Below, piece after piece: positions 26,960-32,000 of a stretch of 32,000 bases of DNA. Origin of the DNA: an uncultured archaeon. GTDB taxonomy: Archaea; Asgardarchaeota; Jordiarchaeia; Jordiarchaeales; Jordiarchaeaceae. The DNA lies in NCBI GenBank assembly GCA_964510585.1, contig CAZECW010000062.1, positions 47,525-79,524 of the forward strand, given 5' to 3'. Position 1 is the stretch's first letter, and each line of letters begins with the position of its first letter. The notes below the pieces were generated by a model. That model saw nothing but the letters and a program-made list of their open reading frames with translations, made no database searches and had not been told where the DNA came from. The translations under genes and the position numbers were made by a program.

Positions 26960-27856
26960 TTATTGTTCTCTTGGAACGTTGAAGTATTCGTAGAAGCCTC
27001 CTCTGCTTCCCGGTTTCTGTCGGGGGTCTCCTATGTATCCGGCTATCACCATTTTCCTTAGCAGCATGGGTGGCTTATATGCAGGATTGCCTGTTTCATT
27101 GTAACAGTATTCTAATACGTGATATATGGTGTCTAGACCCACAAAGTCTGCTAGTACGAAGGGACCCATGGGCCAACCGAATCCTAATCTCACCATTGTG
27201 TCTATTTCCTTCACTCCCGCTATTCCTAGTTCCAGTAGTCTTATGATTTCGGCAACTGTGTAGCAGATGAATCTGGTTGTGAAGAATCCTGGTCCGTCCT
27301 TTGCCTCCACTGGAACTTTGCCCATTTTTACCGCTAGATCATGGATTACTTTGTAGGTTTCGTCTGAGGTCACGGCGCCTCTTATGATTTCCACAAGTTT
27401 CATGACGTGTGCGGGGTTGAAGAAGTGCATTCCTATGAATTTTTCTGGGCGTTTGGTGGCTGAGGCTTGATCCGTTATCATTAGGGAGGATGTGTTTGAA
27501 GCAAATATGGTGTGTTTGGGACATATTTCATCGAGCTGTTTCCATGTTTTCTTTTTTAGTTCAAGGTTTTCGGGAATTGCTTCTATCACAATGTCTGCGT
27601 TTGCCGCTGCCTCCTTTAGGTTTGTTGTACCCTTTATTTTCGCCATTGTTGCTTCAAGTTGTTCTTTAGTCATTTTTCCCTTTTCCACAGCCCTACTTAA
27701 ACTACCCCTTATTCTCTCCATGGATCTTTTAACTATCTCATCTGATATCTCGTAAAAAGTGGTGTTGTAGCCTAGTCCGGCGCAAAGCTGTACAATTCCT
27801 GAGCCCATTATGCCGCATCCTAAAACGCATATATTTTTTACATCTTCAATTTTCAT
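26960..27856 (-). CDS. 3-hydroxyacyl-CoA dehydrogenase (3-hydroxybutyryl-CoA dehydrogenase family)
   Basis: VLGCGIMGSGI, VIEAIPENLELK, FASNTSSL, IGMHFFNPA (catalytic His), GWPMGPFVLADFVGLDT. Start refined to the ATG at 27856; the GTG at 27865 is possible. Confidence 0.93.
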   Translation of the reverse strand: MKIEDVKNICVLGCGIMGSGIVQLCAGLGYNTTFYEISDEIVKRSMERIRGSLSRAVEKGKMTKEQLEATMAKIKGTTNLKEAAANADIVIEAIPENLELKKKTWKQLDEICPKHTIFASNTSSLMITDQASATKRPEKFIGMHFFNPAHVMKLVEIIRGAVTSDETYKVIHDLAVKMGKVPVEAKDGPGFFTTRFICYTVAEIIRLLELGIAGVKEIDTMVRLGFGWPMGPFVLADFVGLDTIYHVLEYCYNETGNPAYKPPMLLRKMVIAGYIGDPRQKPGSRGGFYEYFNVPREQ

Positions 27857-28058
27857 TTTTTCCACTCCTCTTCTACCAATTTTTGAAAACCTTAATGGTG
27901 AGTATTATACTTAAAACTTTTCTTAAACTTACCGAAAACAAATCCTCGAAATCCCCGAGAAATTTTATTATGGGGATGGGCAATATTTTAAAAAGATGCG
28001 TTAGAGGCAAATAAAAAGCGTTTGCCAGAAAAATTTGATGGAAAATGATTTAAGGTGA

Positions 28059-28853
28059 TTGGTTTTGGAGTTTGAAGACATAATTTATGAGAAGAAGAAT
28101 GGAGTGGCCAGAATCACCATAAATAGGCCTCAAGCCCTCAACGCCTTCAGATCGAAAACTCTGGACGAGATGACCGCAGCCTTTGAAGACGCCGAGGAAG
28201 ACGAGGATATCAGAGTAGTTGTTTTAACAGGTGCTGGAGATAGAGCCTTCTGCTCTGGAGGCGACGTGTCCGAAATGGGAAAACTGACCCCCGCCGTCGG
28301 AAGAAAGTTCCTAGGCAAGTGTTTGAAGCTCTCCACAACTATGAGAAACCTTTCAAAGCCCATAATTGCTAGAATCAACGGCTACTGTCTAGGGGGAGGA
28401 AACGAACTCAACATGTTCTGCGATCTCTCCATAGCTTCAGAGAAAGCAATACTAGGCCAGGTGGGTCCCCGTGTGGGCAGTGTCCCTATTTGGGGCGGCA
28501 CCCAAATGTTGCCGAGGGTGGTGGGTGAGAAGAAGGCGAGAGAGATGATATTTCTCTGTAGGAGATACACTGCGAAGGAAGCCGAGGCAATGGGCCTGGT
28601 GAATAAGGTTGTGCCGCATGAACAGTTGGACGCTGAGGTGGATAAGTGGTGCGAGGAAATTAAGGCTCTTAGTCCCCAAAGTTTAAAGCTTTCAAAAATA
28701 TCCCTGAATTTTGGCTCAGATCTTCTATATCCATCCTTCGTTCACGGCAGGGATATGCTGGCTTTAATATATGGTTCCTACGAGCTGACCGAGGGAATGG
28801 AAGCTTTCATGCAGAAAAGAAAGCCGGTTTGGAAACCGGAGAAAAGGGACTAG
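28059..28853 (+). CDS. Crotonase-superfamily enzyme, BadI/MenB-like subgroup (candidate beta-ketoacyl-CoA hydrolase or enoyl-CoA hydratase)
   Basis: ITINRPQALNA, GDRAFCSGGD, GYCLGGGNEL, GQVGPRVGS, RVVGEKKAREM.FLCRRY. The stop overlaps the convergent gene at CTAG (28850-28853). Confidence 0.88.
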   Translation: MVLEFEDIIYEKKNGVARITINRPQALNAFRSKTLDEMTAAFEDAEEDEDIRVVVLTGAGDRAFCSGGDVSEMGKLTPAVGRKFLGKCLKLSTTMRNLSKPIIARINGYCLGGGNELNMFCDLSIASEKAILGQVGPRVGSVPIWGGTQMLPRVVGEKKAREMIFLCRRYTAKEAEAMGLVNKVVPHEQLDAEVDKWCEEIKALSPQSLKLSKISLNFGSDLLYPSFVHGRDMLALIYGSYELTEGMEAFMQKRKPVWKPEKRD

Positions 28854-30109
28854 GCTGAGGCTTTAATTTCCCTCCTTTTTTTGTTTGCGTCGCTTATTAT
28901 TTCTCGGCCTATGAGGTAGGTTAGTATCTCTGTCGTTCCCCCTGCAATCTTCATCATTCGAGCGTCTCTATAATACTGTTCCACCGGGAATTTTGTGGTG
29001 TAGCCGATGCCCCCCAATATTTGTAGAGCATCATTACACACTTCTACGCTCATGTTGGTTGCGAAAAGTTTTGCTTGAGCTGACTCCTTGCTGGCAGTTT
29101 TGCCTGCATCAATTAGTCTTGCGGCTCTCAAGGCTAGGAGGCGGGCGGCCTCTATTTTAGTGTTCATATCTGCCAGTTTGAAGCTTACCGCCTCAAAGTT
29201 GGATATGGGTTGGTGGAACTGCACCCTAAGAAGCGAATATTCCAATGCAATTTCATAGGCGCGACGCGCGTGTCCGATGGCTTCGCCTGCAATAACCGTT
29301 CTCTCAATGTCTAATTCGTCGAGAAGAATCCGGAAACCTTCATTTTCCCTCCCCACAAGGTTTTCTTTGGGAACCTTTATGTTGTTGAAGCGCATAAGGC
29401 CATTCCTTGCACCCTTCATACCCAAGAGCTCATAGTGTTCCACAACCTCGAATCCCTCCATTTCTCTCTCAACCACGAAGCAACTCATGCCTTTATGGGG
29501 ATGCACGCTCCTATCAGTTATGGCAAATGTAGTGTTGACCTCCGCCTCTCCACAATTGGTTATGAATCTTTTTTCACCATTCAACAGGTAATAGTCGCCA
29601 CTTCGGACCGCCGTTGTCTGCATGCGGGCAGTGTCGCTGCCCACTTGGGGCTCTGTAATCACTATGGCCCCTATTTTTTCACCTGAAAGTATGGGTCTCA
29701 AGTATTTCTCCTTAAGATAGTCAGTGCCAAATCTGCAGATGGGGATGCCGCAGAGCATATTTGCAACTCTGGCGGTGCTGGTCACCGGGCTCACCGCGGC
29801 CAGTTCTTCGGAAACTATGAGGTCTTTGGTGACTCCGTTTCCCTCATTTAGGCCTCCCCACTCTTTGGGGAAGGGGTAGCTGACATATCCTCTCTTAGCT
29901 ATTAGCTGTAAAGCTTTTCGGGGATAAACATTGTTTTTTTCAAACTGGTGAGTCATGGGTGCGATTTCCCTGTCCAAAAAGGCTCTTACTTCTCTTCTGA
30001 ACGAGTTCTCCTCATCTGTAAATAGCCATAGACTCTCATCCGAAACACTATATCCCTGAGGTAATATCAGGTCCTGATACTCAATAGGGGTGAGTCTCTC
30101 CACTTTCAT
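28850..30109 (-). CDS. Acyl-CoA dehydrogenase
   Basis: ITEPQVGSD, LLNGEKRFITN, RVQFHQPI..FEAV.FKLADM, ILGGIGY...PVEQYYRDAR..KIAGGT.EI. The MCAD-type Glu is absent (IAGGT); the Glu in DIERT fits the LCAD/IVD position. Start refined to 30109, downstream of GGAGG. Confidence 0.93.
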   Translation of the reverse strand: MKVERLTPIEYQDLILPQGYSVSDESLWLFTDEENSFRREVRAFLDREIAPMTHQFEKNNVYPRKALQLIAKRGYVSYPFPKEWGGLNEGNGVTKDLIVSEELAAVSPVTSTARVANMLCGIPICRFGTDYLKEKYLRPILSGEKIGAIVITEPQVGSDTARMQTTAVRSGDYYLLNGEKRFITNCGEAEVNTTFAITDRSVHPHKGMSCFVVEREMEGFEVVEHYELLGMKGARNGLMRFNNIKVPKENLVGRENEGFRILLDELDIERTVIAGEAIGHARRAYEIALEYSLLRVQFHQPISNFEAVSFKLADMNTKIEAARLLALRAARLIDAGKTASKESAQAKLFATNMSVEVCNDALQILGGIGYTTKFPVEQYYRDARMMKIAGGTTEILTYLIGREIISDANKKRREIKASA

Positions 30110-30354
30110 TAATGCTTCCTCCATAATCAGATTACTCTCACTCAGGAGGCGAATTTTTAAATAAGTCTAGATGTAACTAACTAATAAACCTCTGTACTGA
30201 TTTCTAATAATTTTCTGAATATCACCCTTCCTGCCAAAACCAGCCACAATATAACTGAGGGATTCATATTTAGAGTTAGAGGATTTCGAGTTATAGATTT
30301 AAATTGAAGTTACTAATTAATAGTAGGTAATGATGATTATTGGAGATTGATTTT

Positions 30355-31392
30355 ATGCTTCCGAGACATCAGACCATTACCAAGAAAATAATTGAGAAGT
30401 ATGAGAGTGGAAAGAAGGCGGAAGCCATAAACGAGTTAGTTTACAATTTGAGGGACAAAGATTTTAAAGTGCGAGCCGCCTGTGCAGAAGTCCTAGGAAA
30501 CATAGGAGACCTGAGAACAATAGACCCATTAAGCGAACTATTAAATGACGAGCACAGCGAGGTCAAAATTGCGGCGGTTCAAGCTCTGGGAAAAATTGGC
30601 GACGCCAAAATAGTAGAACCCCTCGAAGGACTACTCAACGATGGGGACAGTGAAGTTAGATTAGCAGTAGTAAAGACGCTAAGCAAAATAGGGGGAGAAA
30701 AAACCATCCAGCCACTAATTAAGGCTCTGGACGACTCAGATACCAGAGTTCAAACAGCCGCCATTGAAAGCCTGGGAAGAATGGGGCCAAAGGCTTTAAA
30801 CCCTCTCCTCAAAAGCCTAGAATCTGAAGATGAATACATTCGCGCATCCGTAGCCAAGGCGCTTGGAGAAATCGGAGACCCTAAAGCCACAGATGCATTA
30901 ATAAAACTAGCAAACAACCCCAGCAGCATTGTTAGAGCAAACACCATAGAAGCATTGGGAAAAATAGACGACCCCAGAATCGTTAGCACCCTCATCAATG
31001 CCCTAAAAGACAAAGACGTAGAGGTAAGAATAAACGCGGTTAAAGCCCTTAAACTAGCAAAATCTGAGGAAGCAACAAAACACCTCATCGAAGCCCTAAA
31101 AGATCCAGACAGCCGAGTACGCATGTGGAGCGCCGACGCCCTAGGATTTAAAGGGGACAGCTTAGCAACGAAACCCCTACTCAACCTGCTCAAGGACAAC
31201 GACCCCCGCGTAAAGGAAAACGCAATAAAAGCCTTGGGAAAATGCGGAAACTATGAAGCGGTACCACAACTAATGGAACTGCTAAGGGATAAAGATGAGC
31301 GAATCAAAGACCTCGCAGACAAATCACTAGCCATGATAGCCAAAAAATACGGAATCACCAAAGACGAACTAATAAGAAGACAAAAAGGCTAA
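30355..31392 (+). CDS. HEAT/PBS-lyase repeat protein (about 10 repeats of about 31 aa)
   Basis: Recurring L...L.D.D..VR..A..ALG.IG.....PL unit throughout; start refined to the ATG at 30355. Confidence 0.9.
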   Translation: MLPRHQTITKKIIEKYESGKKAEAINELVYNLRDKDFKVRAACAEVLGNIGDLRTIDPLSELLNDEHSEVKIAAVQALGKIGDAKIVEPLEGLLNDGDSEVRLAVVKTLSKIGGEKTIQPLIKALDDSDTRVQTAAIESLGRMGPKALNPLLKSLESEDEYIRASVAKALGEIGDPKATDALIKLANNPSSIVRANTIEALGKIDDPRIVSTLINALKDKDVEVRINAVKALKLAKSEEATKHLIEALKDPDSRVRMWSADALGFKGDSLATKPLLNLLKDNDPRVKENAIKALGKCGNYEAVPQLMELLRDKDERIKDLADKSLAMIAKKYGITKDELIRRQKG

Positions 31393-32000
31393 AAAAAGAA
31401 CAAAGAAAAGAAAAACAGATTCAAAGAAAAAAGCTCAACATGCCAGAGGTAACCCCAAAAAAATAATACGGAAACCACTAATTTTTAGCGAAATTTTTTC
31501 TCCATAAAAGGAGCTTCAAAAACACTACATACATCTAATTTGCGCCCCGTTGCACGATTTGTGAACACATTATATCTCGACAATGTTAAATTAGGATGGT
31601 TTCCTTCCCAAAATTACCAAAAACAGCAGAAAAGCCACTTCTCCTCAGGATAAAAAGGGAAAGAAACTAGGGGAAAATTGCTAAGAAAACAAATTTAACA
31701 TTGTCAAGATATTTTTGGATCAATAAATCCATTCTGACTTTTCCTTCCCAATTTGGGGAAGCGCAAAACAACTGCTATTTTCTCTGCCAATAAGTTAAAA
31801 ATAGAGATAAACCTCCCCTTGAGGCTTACCCATGTCACCCCAATTGATATAAATTATTTGGGCATAAAAAGTTTTTAGTGCACTTTGGGGATTGGATTGT
31901 CCAACAACCTTGGTACGTCACGCCTTAAAGACCTTCTTGAGGCGTATTTTCTCCCACGCAGTCCTCTTAAACCCTCCTCCGAGGAGCCTGAGGCTTAATT

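Noticed and set aside
28850-28853. Convergent stop codons overlapping on CTAG
   Set aside because: Real, but a common arrangement in compact genomes; not evidence of a system.
1681-31199. The many short antisense or alternate-frame ORFs in the track that overlap motif-bearing genes (for example 4207-4677, 5632-5979, 11919-12239, 17391-17771, 23579-24058, 30750-31199)
   Set aside because: Shadow ORFs of well-supported genes with no motifs or start signals of their own.
30355-31392. HEAT-repeat protein as a eukaryotic signature or defence protein
   Set aside because: Stand-alone PBS-lyase-type HEAT proteins are widespread in archaea; no extra domain or informative neighbour.
31811-32000. Three TGAGGC copies, a weak hairpin (31921-31944) and a short open minus-strand frame at the window edge
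   Set aside because: Irregular spacing with no CRISPR-like periodicity; too little sequence to call a gene end or repeat.

Overview
Gene-dense window from an anaerobic archaeon. Evidence: GGTGA/GGAGG ribosome-binding sites, BRE/TATA promoters, frequent TTG/GTG starts, a crenarchaeal-type single-OB SSB, DUF169, DUF3795 and an MtrH-like remnant. An Asgard or Bathyarchaeia origin is plausible but is inference only. I saw no rRNA, tRNA, CRISPR array or intact mobile element. The content is catabolic: (i) a corrinoid protein plus UroD-family methyltransferase operon followed by a decayed mtrH-like gene that is missing from the ORF track; (ii) two tandem acyl-CoA ligases and a Met/Cys gamma-lyase; (iii) three stand-alone V4R/ATC-hydrolase-like small-ligand-binding genes, one a pseudogene; (iv) DUF169-DUF3795 divergent from a Cys-rich ArsR-type regulator; (v) a co-oriented run of a multi-Fe-S radical SAM enzyme, an OYE-type flavoenzyme, a glycyl radical enzyme (GRE) of unassigned class, its activase, an FMN split-barrel protein and a ferredoxin; (vi) a beta-oxidation-like trio including a BadI/MenB-like crotonase; (vii) a HEAT-repeat protein. 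The best novelty candidates are the unassigned GRE system and a strong within-gene gradient in which T(U)-ending codons vanish toward the 3' ends of several transcription units. All family assignments come from motif recognition by eye; no database search was run.
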